Source: a virus | Lineage: Duplodnaviria; Caudoviricetes | Length of the DNA: 64,000 nt | Direction: 5' to 3' (one strand) | IMG/VR virus record: IMGVR_UViG_3300027804_000069 | Coordinates: 1,353 to 65,352 of that record | In this document: piece after piece, positions 63,640-64,000 of the stretch | How positions within the stretch are numbered: the stretch's first letter is position 1 | Layout of the letters: every line of letters begins with the position of its first letter | The notes under the pieces: generated by a model | Databases searched by the model: none | What the model was told of the DNA's origin: nothing | Seen by the model: only the letters and a program-made list of their open reading frames with translations | Position numbers and translations under genes: made by a program

Positions 63640-64000
63640 GGTTTAAATGGTTTTAGGATATAAAAATACTAAATTCTCATTACTAACAATGACTTATTTG
63701 TTAAAATTTTGTTAAAGAACTACAAATGCTATTAACAAATCAATATTTTTAGATAGGGACACGACCAAGTAGAAATCCACTTTTGCACTTTCTCACAGAA
63801 ACGGCTCAAATTTCGACCCAAATTTTTCGGACGATAAAATACCCGACCCGAAGGCTATCCTCGAAATTCGCAATTACAAACTATGCAGCAATCGGCATTC
63901 ACCTCCCTTCACCACATTACCCAAAACCAAAACCCCCACTCCTCCACCTATTTGAGGACTCAAACCAATTAAGTTCGTTTTTTTGTCCGAACGTCAAAGC
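63640..64000. other. non-coding region: promoter and possible origin or genome end
   Basis: No ORF; TATTTTTA-TATC promoter-like box; TTGTTAA repeats; C-rich + strand. Confidence 0.4.

Noticed and set aside
1-64000. Eukaryotic giant virus or virophage
   Set aside because: Multiple peptidoglycan enzymes, coupled operons, rho-independent terminators and Bacteroidota promoter and signal-peptide features are present. No NCLDV core transcription or replication genes are seen.
1-64000. Stop-codon reassignment, tRNA or rRNA genes
   Set aside because: Standard code gives near-complete coding density with tightly coupled ORFs. No cloverleaf or rRNA-like segment was recognised in the short intergenic gaps.

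Overview
This is an AT-rich, densely coding, almost entirely minus-strand segment of a large bacterial virus. No rRNA, tRNA, CRISPR array or housekeeping operon was seen. The host is probably Bacteroidota: there are TAnnTTT(G/A) promoter boxes, no Shine-Dalgarno motifs, and signal peptides followed by Gln. No terminase, portal, HK97-type capsid or tail tube/sheath gene is recognisable in the window. Instead it carries an FtsK/HerA (A32/P9-like) packaging ATPase (26831-27652), a codon-optimised 232-aa beta-rich capsid candidate (25732-26430), about 30 small single-pass membrane proteins and several peptidoglycan enzymes or binding domains, most with membrane anchors. Together these suggest an unusually large tailless, lipid-containing (Varidnaviria-like) phage. 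Other modules are a glycosylation/sulfation island (2.6-12.3 kb) beside Gly-X-Ser collagen-like fibre genes, a GH19 lysis cassette, a second glyco-modification cluster (52.5-58.8 kb) and three giant polyvalent proteins (38.7-52.3 kb). Two of the giant proteins are strings of modules separated by about 45 [MYFL][AE]xGG linkers. At the right end, small genes are joined by a 21-bp repeat. Several real micro-ORFs missing from the ORF track were found. All family assignments come from motif recognition by eye, not from database searches.
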